From Octopus vulgaris (Eukaryota): a stretch of 64,000 nucleotides of DNA. Both the position numbers and the translations under genes were made by a program. Positions 25,165 to 38,120 of this stretch are shown piece by piece (the first letter of the stretch is position 1; every line of letters begins with the position of its first letter). The notes below the pieces were generated by a model. That model worked only from the letters and a program-made list of their open reading frames with translations, was not told the origin of the DNA and made no database searches. Location of the stretch: the NCBI GenBank assembly GCA_951406725.2, contig OX597825.1:57722001-57786000 (forward strand), in the 5' to 3' direction.

Positions 25165-25537
25165 GCCGACGTGAAGAGCACTGTGTCTGTTTGTCGTGCA
25201 TAGGAAAGGTGATTGATGGTTGCTTGCGAAACGGTTGACTGTTTAGCGGGTTGGTGCTCTGGAATGTGTGTGCATGGGTGCGCGCGCATTTTGCGTGAGA
25301 ATGAGAGCGGGAGGAACTGAGAGCGAAGGAGAATGGGGATGAAGAGAGCTTATTTGTTCGTGGCATAACAGGCAACATGTTGATTCTCTTGGTTATAATA
25401 TGTAAAATAACAGCAAGGACGATGAGAACATTTATCCATTTGTCATTGCTTATAGCATTAAAAGCATCACTAATTAGTTATTTGGAATTGCATAATTACT
25501 AATTAAATGATTGTGTTTATTTGTAATTAATACAATA

Positions 25538-25942
25538 TTTATTTCTTTATTGCCCACAGGGGGCTAAACATAGAGGAGACAAACAAGAACAGACAAAGGG
25601 ATTAAGTCGATTAATCGACCCCAATGTGTAATTGGTACTTATTTAATCGACCCCGAAAGGATGAAGGCAAAGTCGACGTCGACGGAATTTGAACTCAGAA
25701 CGTAACTGCAGACGAAAATACCTATTTCTTTACTACCCACGAAGGGCTAAACACAGAGAGGACAAACAAGGACAGACAAACAGATTAAGTCGATTACATC
25801 GACCCCAGTATGTAACTGGTACTTAATTTATCGACCCCGAAAGGATGAAAGGCAAAGTCGACCTTGGCGAACGTAACGGCAGACGAAATACGGCAACGCA
25901 TTTCGCCCGGCGTGCTAACGTTTCTGCCAGCTTGTTGCCCTT
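25538..25942 (-). mobile_element. Family A SINE, dimeric form
   Basis: Two CCCAC..GGGGCTAAACA + core units. Confidence 0.85.
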
Positions 25943-28282
25943 AATTAATTTATACTATATTAATAATTCAAAAGTCGTCGAGCAGAAGAGACTAAGATTC
26001 GAGTCAAAAATAGTTCATAGGATTGACTTAGGCATTTACCCACATCAGGTCGATGAAAATAAGTAGCTCGATGAAAATAAGACTCACCAATCGATTTCAG
26101 CAATTTCATCTATATTTAAATCCCCTGCCAATGTTAAACATCTTTAATTAGGGTTTGATGAGGTACATTAATTAGTTTTGTCACTGTAATAGATCGTTAA
26201 TTATGGTAGTGAACTTGACTAATAGCATAGCAATGCCTAGTTATAGCCTGCTACATACTTTAATTTAAATCACGCTGGAGGCAATAGTATAAGTATTAGT
26301 CATGAACTGGGGTCGAGTCAAGTCACTGATTCTTTTACCCTACAGATTTGTAGTCGTGTGTTAATATTTCGAATTGTGCTAGTCATCTGTCAGCGAAAGG
26401 GCATTTAATATACAATGCCAGTCCTGTACTGAGTCGAGTCAATCTATTTATAGTTACAGTTCAACAAATATGTTTAAAAATCCTTAAACTAGCATAATGC
26501 AGAGTCCACAACACACAGCTCTGCGTATGACTCTTGAGCATCTGCACTACTCCAAGATGGACAGTGTCTTAAACAGGGATTTCTGTCGCAGTGTCAGGTC
26601 AATAGATTTTTGAGATGTATAATCGATTAGATTGACTTCAATATTTGTATGCTATATATATTGTCGATTCAAAAAATTAAAACATAGAAGTTGCCCCTGG
26701 TAGGATTTGAACCTGGAACTCAGAAAATGATTAAAAAGATTTAAAAGCTATTTAATCTACAACTCTATCGATCATGCTCGAGTCAAATATAAATGACATT
26801 TGTTGGTTTCCGAATGATTTGTGCCCAAAAACGCTCGTCCTTAATTATATGTTAAGGAATGTTAATGCGGTTAAGCCATGAAAAGTGGTTCCTGCTTCCA
26901 AAAGTCAAAAATAATGCCGAATTCATAAAATATTTCTATGGTGAAGGATGGTCTTAACTATACCGTAAAGTATGTTGTAAGACACACCTTGTAATAGATA
27001 GAGTGTGTCAGAACGACCTTAAGGTTAAACGTCAAGTATACCACACCAAAAACCTGAAGAGAACGTGGGAGAATTTCGTTGTAACATGAATTTCAATTAC
27101 GGCGGCAAGATAGCAGAATCATTCGCACGCCAGGTATTTAGTACGTCTTTACATCATGTGTTGAAATTCTGTTGGGAATCGATAAAATAAAACCAGTTGA
27201 GCCCTGGGGGTCGGTGTAATCGACTTACCCATTCTCGAACTTGCTGGCTTTGTGCCAAAATTTGAAACCACTATCAATTACAATTGATTTAGGAGCCTCT
27301 ACACCAGCGATTCTCAGTAGCGAATATCAGCGCCCTTACACAAGTTTGTGTAATTTCCGCCCCCTTGCTTATTAGTGAGCAGACAAAACAGAACTTGCAT
27401 TCATCTAATTAATCACTCTTTGCTACAATGAAGTTGGATGAGTTTAAAAAGTTTTTAAAAAATCAAACATTATTTGACTTCCATCTTTTTCAATTCTCAA
27501 GACAACCTCTCCCCGGGCGAAACACTGCTACTCTATAGAAATAGCAGCGAACCTTTCCGCAGATTCCACCTGGCTATTAAAAAAACACAACAGTTACATT
27601 GAATAATGCGATTCAAGATAACTCCCAACAGAAAAAAAACAATTTGGGCATCTTACAACCCATTTCATCATGGTCTGTTCAGTTAGGCCTGGGCTGAGGC
27701 TAAACAAAAGCAACAACAATTATTATTGTAAGATATTCATCTTCATTAAATAATAGAAATTGAACAAAAATTATATAATCATTAATTAAAATCATAAACA
27801 TACAAGTCTGTCTACAAGCATATAATTACTTGTTCCTAGGGAAGGGATTTTGTAAACCCGCGCCGTAAAAGATTACAAAATGACAACTTCATGTATGTAT
27901 TCTTTTATTCTTTTACTTGTTTCAGTCATTTGACTGTGGTCATGCTGGAGTACCGCCTTGAAGTGTTTTAGTCGAACAAATCGACCCCAGGATTTATTTT
28001 TTAAAAGCCTAGTACTTCTATCAGTCTCTTTTACCGAACTGCTAAGTTACGGGGACGTAAACACACCAACACCGGTTGTCAAGCTGTGATGGTGGAACAA
28101 ACGCAGACGCAAAGACATGGGTATGTACATATGTATATATACGACGGTCTTCTTTCAGTTTCCTTCTACCAAATTCCCTCACAAGGCTTTGATCAGCCCG
28201 AAGCTATAGTAGAAGACACTTGCCTAAGGTGTCACGCATTGGGACTGAACCCGAAACCATGTGATTAGGAAGCAAGCTTCTT

Positions 28283-29911
28283 TATTTCATGAAATTGGCC
28301 ATGAAGGCCTTACATAGAGGGACAGCACAAGGTGTGGACAAAAAAAAAACGAATGGAAGAATTAATTAATATAATAAAAGATGAAATGAAACCGTTTGGC
28401 CCCACCTCCGAGCGACTTCATTGAACCTGTTAATACAACATTTTTTAAATACTAGTTTATAACACAAATATTAGCGACAACTAATTATCATTCCTCCGGA
28501 GGATATTTACATTGTGCGTCTTTAAAATATCATAAACACTTACTTTTTTAGGTATTGAGCTGGTGTCCAGTTTCTTGACCCAGCACTCATAGTCCCGGTT
28601 TTCCTCAAAGTCCTTTAATTTCGATATGAATGCTGGGTCTGCTACAACACGACGAAGGTACTCGGGTATCCCTTTTACTTATGATACATCCACCTTTATG
28701 ATACTGTCCCATGAGTCTATTTCGTTATACACTTCTTCATTGTCACCACTGTACACTATAAAACATTTTTCTATGGATGAGGGTGAGGAAATAGTGTGGT
28801 TATGCTTGTGTTTACATCAGGCAGGGTATGGAGAGGACTGGTGTCTGCAGGGATTGGTTGGGGTGGAGTGATTGTGGGCGGGAGCTGGGTGGGTGTTGGA
28901 TGGGGGTCGTCCTTTACATCGTGTGCCTTTTCCCCTCTTTCTTCTCTTTTCCCCAACTGTTTCCCATTCGTTGTCCATCTCCTCTTCTTCGATCCTGGTA
29001 CTGGTCTTTATCTGTGGTACTGCTTCTCTCTCCTTTTCTTCAACCTCCACTGGTAGTGGAGCACCAGCCACATTCTCATTCTCTTGTCTCTCTTTAGCCT
29101 TCTCAAGTGATGGAGGACAATCCGCTCTAATGTGGCCTTTTAGGCCACATTTATAGCACCGCGGAATCCTCCCTTCCACTCTGACTTTCAATGTTGCCTC
29201 TCCGACTGTCATGGTCTCGACCATCTTTTCAATGTCTTCTTCGGCAACTTGCGCCACCATATCAAGGCTTTGTCCTTGCCAGTTCTTGTGGGGTGTTTTG
29301 GTGGCCTGGAGGACCACCACCTTCTCCATGCCTAGCAGTATGGCAGCTACAAGCCGGCTACATTCACTTCAGCGGGTATTTCCTCTACCCTAATCCTGGA
29401 AGCACGTCTCCCAAGATATACGAGTAACAGAACCACTTCATCAGTTCTCAGCGGTGTTGCTGAGTGCAGAATGCCAATAGGTACCTCCCGAAACCGCACC
29501 TCCACTGTTCAAAATTTTCTACCTCTGGTGAGGTATGTCATTCCTTGCCAGATTTGTTTGAGCGCCTTTTCCACTTAAGCTGTTGACATAACTTCAATCT
29601 TCCTGGTTGCTATCAAGTATGTTCTATAAATTATAGTTTTCTCAATTTTCTCTTCAATTGTTTCTTCTCTCGCCGCCGCTGCATAATTCTTCTTCTCTAT
29701 TTCCTTGTCCATCTTGTTCAAGTACTCAACCAATTCCTCCTCAGACGAATCACATTCTAGAGAAGAACAACTCAACTTTTCCCAACTTCTCGCTCGACAC
29801 CCCTCCATCACACAAGAGGGAAAACGTCGCAAAAAAAAAACAACAAAAAACAAAAACAAAAACACGTCTATCCGTACAAAATCAACAAACCAAATGAATT
29901 CCTGGGTAACC
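28283..29911 (-). mobile_element. Non-autonomous ORF1-only non-LTR retroelement (Tx1/L1-like) with 15-bp TSD
   Basis: TSD GGAAGCAAGCTTCTT at 28268-28282 and 29912-29926; CCHC knuckle; no RT or endonuclease seen. Confidence 0.75.
28488..29808 (-). pseudogene. Disrupted ORF1/gag-like protein with CCHC zinc knuckle
   Basis: ATG at 29808 (MEGCRARS...), CYKCGLKGHIRADC in ORF 28817-29329, and a C-terminal frame ending KYPPEE* at 28488. Several stops and frameshifts. Confidence 0.75.
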
Positions 29912-30052
29912 GGAAGCAAGCTTCTTACCATACATCTACGCCTGCGCCTGTCCTCTTAGAGACGGTAGTCCATCTGTTTAAATCGACTAGAGAAACCATT
30001 GATGAATTTGTTACGTAAAAACTTCTCACGTCATATTCAACAGTAAAATATT

Positions 30053-30266
30053 GGCTTCAAATTTGGCACAAGACTAACAAGTTTCGGGTGTGAGGGTAAG
30101 CCGATTAGATCGACCCCAGAGCTCAACTGGTACTTACTTTATCGACCCCAGAAAGATGAAGGGTAAAGTCGATCTCGGTAGAATTTGAACTCAGAAGTTA
30201 AAGACGGACGAAATGCCGCTAAGCTTTTTGGCCAGCGTGCTAACGATTCAACCGGCTCACCACCTT
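30053..30266 (-). mobile_element. Family A SINE
   Basis: Core and head motifs in reverse. Confidence 0.8.
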
Positions 30267-31611
30267 GTTTAAAAGTAAAATATTATTAATAATAAGTAAA
30301 TGTGATAATGAATACTAACCGCCGAAAATGTTGGGGTAGAATGCATATAAACACATAACCATTCGTGACATCAAAGCTGACAGCTTTTTACTAGTAACGA
30401 TTTTACTGATTCATTAAACGTTTTATTCATGTTGTAACTATTTAATTAAAGTGGTGGGATTATATTCACAGAAATATGAAAATGTTATTTACTAAACTTT
30501 ATATGTGACTGACATTATTTCAGAAGTATTTTTTATCACAATATTCAGAGTAAAACTGAGTTCTTTTAAGATTTTCTCCATCTTGATTTTCTATTACCCG
30601 ATTTACTGTCTATAAAATATTTAGTATTTAAATCAGACTACTGACGATTGCGCACCATGCATATTAAGCTGATTGTCAGTTAAGTTCTGGCTTGTGTTTG
30701 ACATAAAGAGCAATTGTTATTGTTTTTCTTTGCGGGAAGAAGAAAGGGGAGCATTTACCTTCTAATAAGTAAACGACTTTTTATGAAATATGCCAAGCCA
30801 ATCTTGTTTATTTTTCTGTGTGAATGGAATAGCAAACTGTATGTTTAATTCCCGAGTGAAACTTGTCTTAGATTTTCTAACACGTGTTGTGCATAATAAA
30901 ATATGCATAACAAAAGTTTCATATCGTATGTGCAAATTAATTTATCTCTGTCTTTACGCTCTTGATAGCAAGTGATTTGTAATACGAAACTTCTGTCAGA
31001 TATAATTGTAACACTTTGAAATATTATTGAATACAGTGGTTCTGTTCAAGACAGACCATATGGCGTTGGTAAATCAACTCATGTTTTCTTTCTTTCCAGC
31101 TGTTCTTCAATATTGATATGATACTAATTTTCAAACTTACCACTTGTGCGGCTATAACTGACACATAAATAAATTTTCCCTTAAGCCGACATCAGTTCAC
31201 TACTACGTTTTTATTATACTTGTCTGGTACACATACTTCCAAAAAACATAATTTAGTGCTTCGACAATTAAACTAATGTTCTAATTGCATTGCATTGATG
31301 GATTCTTTGGTTATGCAACGAACAATATATCTTATAGAACTGGTTATAGAAGAACTGGCTACTGCAATGTACCTGTCGAAAAATTAATAGAGGCAATTCA
31401 CGTTACACTATGTTTGGAAAAAATGGGATAATCACGTCTTGATCATAAGTCTTCTGATATGTCTTACTTGGCAGTAAACAACAACATTCGACACATAATT
31501 CAACGTGTTTATTTTGCCTTCTTAGTGACACCAAATTAACGATTACTCATCATTTTATGACCAATGATTTGTTAAGAATTGAATGTAGTTGATAGAATCG
31601 ATTTCAATATA

Positions 31612-32286
31612 TAAGGTCGTCAAGTATGAACTTTGTAAGAAAAGAAAAAAATGTTTGCTAATGTTTTATAAATACAAGGAATAGTTTTATTCATCAAAGT
31701 ATGCACCCATATTGTCAATGCACTTTTGCCATTTCAGCAGTAGCTTGTCCAGCTACGAAATGTAAAAGCTTGGCAATCTAGATTCAATAAAACTAGGTGA
31801 GTCAATACTGTTTGCTTGCTAACGCCAAACAACAACGATAATTCACAGGCACTTTGAGATGGATCTAACTCGACGGTGGCTTTGAGTTCGTCATTATCCA
31901 CCTTTTTTTCTGATCGACCGCGTTGCTAATTTGTGAGGTCAAAGTTACCAGAACGAAATTTTGCAAACCAATTTGATACTGTCTGCTGTGTAATAACATC
32001 AGAATGAAACACTCCATTAATATTCTGAGCTGTCTGTGATGCTGTATTTCCAAAAAAGAACTATTTCAAAACTGTATGAATTTCCGACTTATCCATCTCT
32101 AAACAAAAATAGCAACAAACGATTTATAAATACTTTATAAAGCGCAAAATGAGTTAGGATAAAGAAATAGATGTGTCAGCTTTCTAACAAAAAATAAAGA
32201 TTGTCAAAATATAATAATGGCGCAAGATGAGCAGCTGTCAAAATTTATCACATACCTTACTACAAATTTCATAATTGACGACCTAA
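31612..32286 (-). mobile_element. Internally deleted mariner relic
   Basis: TIRs AGGTCGTCAAGTATGAACTTTGTA and TACAAATTTCATAATTGACGACCT; HTH-like remnant around 31865-32053. Confidence 0.75.
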
Positions 32287-32670
32287 TATTATTGATATGA
32301 GGAAGGTGGTCAGTTGGTAGAATCCTCAGTATGCTGAGCAAAATGCTTATCAAATGTCACCGACGTCGTCTTTACTTTTCATCCTTTCGGGAGTTGATAA
32401 AATAAGTACCTGCTGAGCAGTGGAGCTGATGCAATAGACATGTCTCCCTCACCACCACTCCAAAAAATTGCCGGCCTTGTGTCAAAATTTGAAACTATTT
32501 TATTATTAGTGTATTATAGAGAGATGCAATTATTGATACTAAGGTGGCTACACCGAACAAGATTAGAAGGAAGATATTCTAGTTTATGTATACAAATGTT
32601 TTCATTATATGTTATTATATGTATGTTTTTCTAAAAGAACAAATTTGTTCTTAAATACCTTACGCGCCCC

Positions 32671-32863
32671 GTATGTATGTATGTATGTATGTATGTATGT
32701 ATGTATGTATGTATGTATGTATGTATGTATGTATGTATGTATGTATGTATGTATGTATGTATGTATGTATGTATGTATGTATGTATGTATGTATGTATGT
32801 ATGTATGTATGTATGTATGTATGTATGTATGTATGTATGTATGTATGTATGTATGTATGTATG
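32671..32863. repeat. Long (GTAT)n microsatellite
   Basis: About 190 bp of perfect repeat. Confidence 0.98.
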
Positions 32864-35229
32864 CGTGCGTATGTCTGTATGTGTCTGCAGGTGAGTATAT
32901 ATATGTGTGCGTGTGCGTGTATGACCATGCATATGTGTGTATATATGAGCGTGCACGCGTATATGTTTGTATGTATATATGTATACTCTTACAAGTATGC
33001 ATATAAACATGAAATATTTGCCGAGGGGGACTAAAATTCCATATAATTAAAAGCCAATACAACATATATTTATATGGTTACACATGTAATAGTAGGTGTG
33101 GACATGTTTCATACTTTCGACCCGGCGGTGGTGGGGGGACGTGAGTATTTCTTGTTCTCTGGCAACAACACTGAAGACGCCCACGGGAAAGGCTGATAGA
33201 GGATTCTTTAACAGGAAGTTACTTAAATTCGTTAACGTCTCTGAACTGTGACCAACGTCTTTTGAACAAATATAAAACATAAAGAATTCCATTAACTTAA
33301 TATATTTGTTTGTTTTTCGTTTGGGTGTGTATGTGTATGTATGTGTTTGTATTTGATATGTGTGCGTAATGTGTGTGTGTGTGTATGTGTGTGTGTGTGT
33401 GTGTGCTTTCTGCGAAATGCGTTTCTGTTAAAGAATGTTATATTTCAATTCTAATGCACGAAAACAGCAGCTTGCAGAGTGTTTGAAGGAAGAAAAAAAT
33501 AAACAAAGAAAATAAAACGTTTTAGATAAGAAATGGAATAAATAAGAGAGGAAAGAAAAGAGAGTTAGAAAAATAAAAACAACAACAAATTATGGAAAAA
33601 ATAAAACAAGAAACAAGACTCACATCTGAAAGAGGCAAACTGATTGTGAAAATGAAATAACGACATGATAACATCTAAATTTTCTATGGGATTATAAGGA
33701 CCAGTTTTTGAAAATGTAGATGTTGGTTTCTTTTATTTCATAATATTAATGGTGAATAACAAACGATGTCTCTAAATGGCTTCTAACGGGTTCATTGTAT
33801 TGCTGACAGTAAGAGTGACACGGGTATATCTCTGACTTGCTATAGAACAAATGTCTAGGAAGATCGATGGAAAAGAATTTGTTTTGCAGATTTCTCGTTG
33901 ATAAAAATAAATGAGCAACCATGTACTAAGGTCAATTTTATCAACTATATATTAATAATTGCAGCATACGATCTCAGATCAAGTCACTCGCTATGCAAGT
34001 ACATCTCCGTAATATATATCAATAGTTTAAGAAAATAAGATCCTTGTCTCACGGATAAGTATAACAGCCATATGATAACCTTACTGTAATTTTAAACAAA
34101 AGAAGAATTGGGGAATTCTTGCCGAGACTCCCATTGATATTTACTGAAGTTTTTCCAAATATCATAAAAAGCACTGATACATGGATATGTTTCGGCCAAC
34201 AAAACCTCCCTACTTGAGTGGGGCTTTGTATCCAAAAATATAGCTTAAAGAATTTTCTACTGAATACGAAAATTAATGCGTGTGTGCACATGAGCGTGTC
34301 TGTGTGTGTGCAAGACGTCTCATTTGATACCATAACAACGCTGCAACACCTCTGCCCAGAATTGATGTTTATTTATCAACATCAAAAAGAGGAAAAAAAT
34401 AAAGTTGAACTAGATGTGATTTGAACTCAGAGCGCTGAATGTTGAAACACATATTTAACGAAACGCTATTTAACGAACATTATAGAAAGATGGATGATGA
34501 ACTTCTATATACATATATGTACATAAGACAAAGTACCCAACCTACCCAAAGGAAGTCTTGAGAGTTCAATTAGATAAGAATAACGTTCGTTCCCATTATT
34601 CTATAGGAAATTCCTCTGCAAGAAAATATGAAAGGAAGAACGATAAGAAGTGGGGAGAGAAATGAAGAACGGAAAAGTGGAAGAAAGAAATAGCAATTGT
34701 TTAAGACGAAAAAAATGAAAGGGAAGGCATTGCGTTACCGCTAGTAGGTCGTAGGCAATGTAATGTGTCTAAAATTGCCAGACCTACTGGGTTGAACCTA
34801 TTCATTTCACCCAAACATAGATCAATTCAAATAACTGTTATTTCCTGTCGTGATAACGTAGTAGTACAACCCAACACTCCTTTGAGAATGCCAAGGACGT
34901 GAAAGACAAAAGAATCTACAAGCTAAGAAATTTGAGATTCATTGAAAGCATAAAGAATGTGTAATGTCAGCATGGCTTAATTACTAAAAGTTTAATATTG
35001 ATTGTTATAGGAAATGATCGTCAAGTCATTATAATACGTATGTATGTTTCTGTCTTGTGTTATATGCATGTATGTATATATATATAATATACGTAAATAT
35101 AGTTTATACATGTATGCATATACAATATCTATCTATCTGTCTATCTATTTTTTGTGTGTGTGTATGTATATATATACATATATGTAAATATAGAAGCATA
35201 TATACACACACACATAGCATCTATTTTCA

Positions 35230-35363
35230 CATATATATATATATATAAGTATATATGTATATAAGTATATATGTATATAAGTATATATGTATATAAGTAT
35301 ATGTATATATGTATATATATATATATATATATATGTGTATATATATATGTGTATATATATATG

Positions 35364-35394
<31 letters not shown>

Positions 35395-35447
35395 GTATGT
35401 ATGTATGTATATGTATATATATATATATGTATGTATGTATGTATATG

Positions 35448-35478
<31 letters not shown>

Positions 35479-35541
35479 GTATATATGTATATATATATAT
35501 GTATATATGTATATATATATATATGTATATATATATATACG

Positions 35542-35575
<34 letters not shown>
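35230..35575. repeat. Complex (TA)n/(TATG)n tract
   Basis: Seen directly. Confidence 0.95.
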
Positions 35576-35729
35576 ATCAAAATAAGCAACAAGGATATCC
35601 AGAGGTAATACAGTACGATTGTTTCATGCGACTCCATTTAATTGAACAATGCAGTTATTTCATTACATCAATTTAAAATGTAGATCAATCTTCAGCTGCA
35701 CAAAGACATAGAATTTAATTGAATTAGAA

Positions 35730-35830
<101 letters not shown>

Positions 35831-36751
35831 GCAGACTGATGTATACATTTACGTGTACAAGACAAACGAGGATTAAACCTCATACGACGGTCTTGTTCAT
35901 TCAGCTCTATGGTTGATTTATATGTATGATGTCTATGTATATTGACAATTCACTGAACGACTTGTTTTGTTTGTACATAGGGAGAAAACCACGTATGTGT
36001 TACTGGACGAAATCTCGTCGTCTTAATTTATTAGTTACAGGAATCAAACCTTACATAACTCCAAGCGCCAAGCTTTTGTCCTCCTGTCGCTACTAGACTG
36101 CTCCTTCCGTCATATGGATCACAAACAGCAGAACGGTATGTTGTCTGTGTATTGAATTAGCCTGAATTAATCAATGAAAATATCTAAATATTTTCAGTTC
36201 GAAAGCACTTTTGTTTCTTTTCCCTTTGATTGGGGATATCGTACAAAATTTAAGTAATATGGAGCTGAACCAACCTATTAAAATATATTTACACACACAC
36301 ACACAGATAAATTGATAAAAGAGATTGATTCTGTCCCGCATTACTTAAACTTTCGTAGCCGCAGATCATAGTCTCGAACCCTTTTGATCTAGGCCTATGC
36401 GTCTGAGAGACACAATTTGGGACTCGGCCAGAAAAGTAACTGCTTATCATACATAACCATTAATTTGGAAACTGTTGAATACGAAACTATAGCTGAGAGA
36501 ATGATGTTTTATATCCAGTCAATACCACCTCCTTATCTCCGTAGCCAAGACATAAAACAATCAACGGCATAAAAACTTTAGTACTTTACTTTAATCGCCT
36601 TGACTTGTATTTTACTTTATCTCCTTCTCAGTGGAATTTGAACTTAGAATGTAACGGGACGGATTTTATAACACATTTTTTCCGACACTCCATTGACTTT
36701 GCCAACCTGCCACCCTAAATAGTTTACATGAAAAATATATATATATATATA

Positions 36752-36916
36752 GGCACAGGAGTGGCTGTGTAGTAGGTAGCTTGATAACCAACCACATGGT
36801 TCTGGGTTCAGTCCCACTGCGTGGCATCTTGGGCAAGTGTCTTCTGCTATAGCCCCGGGCCGACCAATGCCTTGTGAGTGGATTTGGTAGACGGAAACTG
36901 AAAGAAGCCTGTCGTA

Positions 36917-36957
<41 letters not shown>

Positions 36958-37160
36958 GTGTGTGTTTGTGTGTCTGTGTTTGTCCCCTTAGCATTGCTTG
37001 ACAACCGATGCTGGTGTGTTTACGTCCCCGTCACTTAGCGGTTCGGCAAAAGAGACCGATATAATAAGTACTGGGCTTACAAAGAATAAGTCCCGGGGTC
37101 GATTTGCTCGATTAAAGGCGGTGCTCCAGCATGGCCGCAGTCAAATGACTGAAACAAGTA
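36752..37160 (+). mobile_element. Family B CORE-SINE, full length
   Basis: GGCACAGGAGTGGCTGTGTAGT head, ATCTTGGGCAAGT CORE, (TA)n(TG)n, tail ending GAAACAAGTAAAAGAG. Confidence 0.88.
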
Positions 37161-37249
37161 AAAGAGTAAAAAGAATATAAGAAAAGAAAAAAAGAAACGA
37201 GATTATTTTTGTAATGTTTTTTCTCCCTTAAACCTAAAATGGACGAACT

Positions 37250-37700
37250 AATAACAAATCTACATACACTGCCATTTTAATTCAATAACAAGCAATAATT
37301 CGTGTGAAAACAAATGCCAATACAATGACGCAAAACCCCTTTTCCAATACACAGGACCAGGACCATCGAGCCGTAACATCTGTTGCGAAGTAGGTACAAT
37401 AAAAGATTACTTAATGAAAGTATCCGGGTATCCGGGTATTTTATAAAAATGTTAAAATTTCATTTTACTTCATGGATAATCGTATATATGAGAAAATCAA
37501 GGAAATGGTGTGGGTTGTTTGATGTGTCCTTGTCTGAGAAACTTTCAGAACAATAACGGACATAACTTCTCAAGAGGTCTTTCCTGTGTCATTAATTTAT
37601 AGTTGATATTTCTTTGGCTACTTAATAACAGTGTTTTTGAACCTGTCAGCATTGCTGTGGCTACTGGTTACGCTGTGTAAACAGATAGAATGATAGATTC
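37250..37700 (-). pseudogene. Locally duplicated segment, TIR-like relic, copy A
   Basis: Paralogous to 39500-39890. Minus peptides SHSNADRFK..YKLMTQER and LLYLLRNRCY. Confidence 0.3.
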
Positions 37701-37753
37701 TTAAGTTAAGTAGATAACTAGATAGATAAATAGATAACTAGATAGATGCATAG

Positions 37754-37829
<76 letters not shown>

Positions 37830-37852
37830 GTCTGTCTGTCTGTCTGTCTGTC

Positions 37853-37901
<49 letters not shown>

Positions 37902-38120
37902 CCAACCCATCTACCTACTACCTACCTACATGGATACCTACCTACCTAGCTACATATATACATACATACATACATACATACATACATACATACATACATA
38001 CATACAATGTGCATACAAACATGTATGGGTAGAACTTCGTATCTGTTAGAAGCCATCTCCTTCAAAGGAAAAGTTTAAATAATTATAAACAGAAAAAAAC
38101 ATATACACACACATTAAATA

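Larger units (their letters stand above)
27900..29950 (-). mobile_element. Family B CORE-SINE split by a retroelement insertion (27900-28282 and 29912-29950)
   Basis: The SINE body ends GGAAGCAAGCTTCTT at 28282 and resumes GGAAGCAAGCTTCTTACCATAC..CGCCTGCGCC at 29912. Confidence 0.85.

Noticed and set aside
37755-37900. (TCTA)n followed by (TAGA)n forming a potential hairpin
   Set aside because: This is a compound microsatellite, common in this genome type, with no unique information content.
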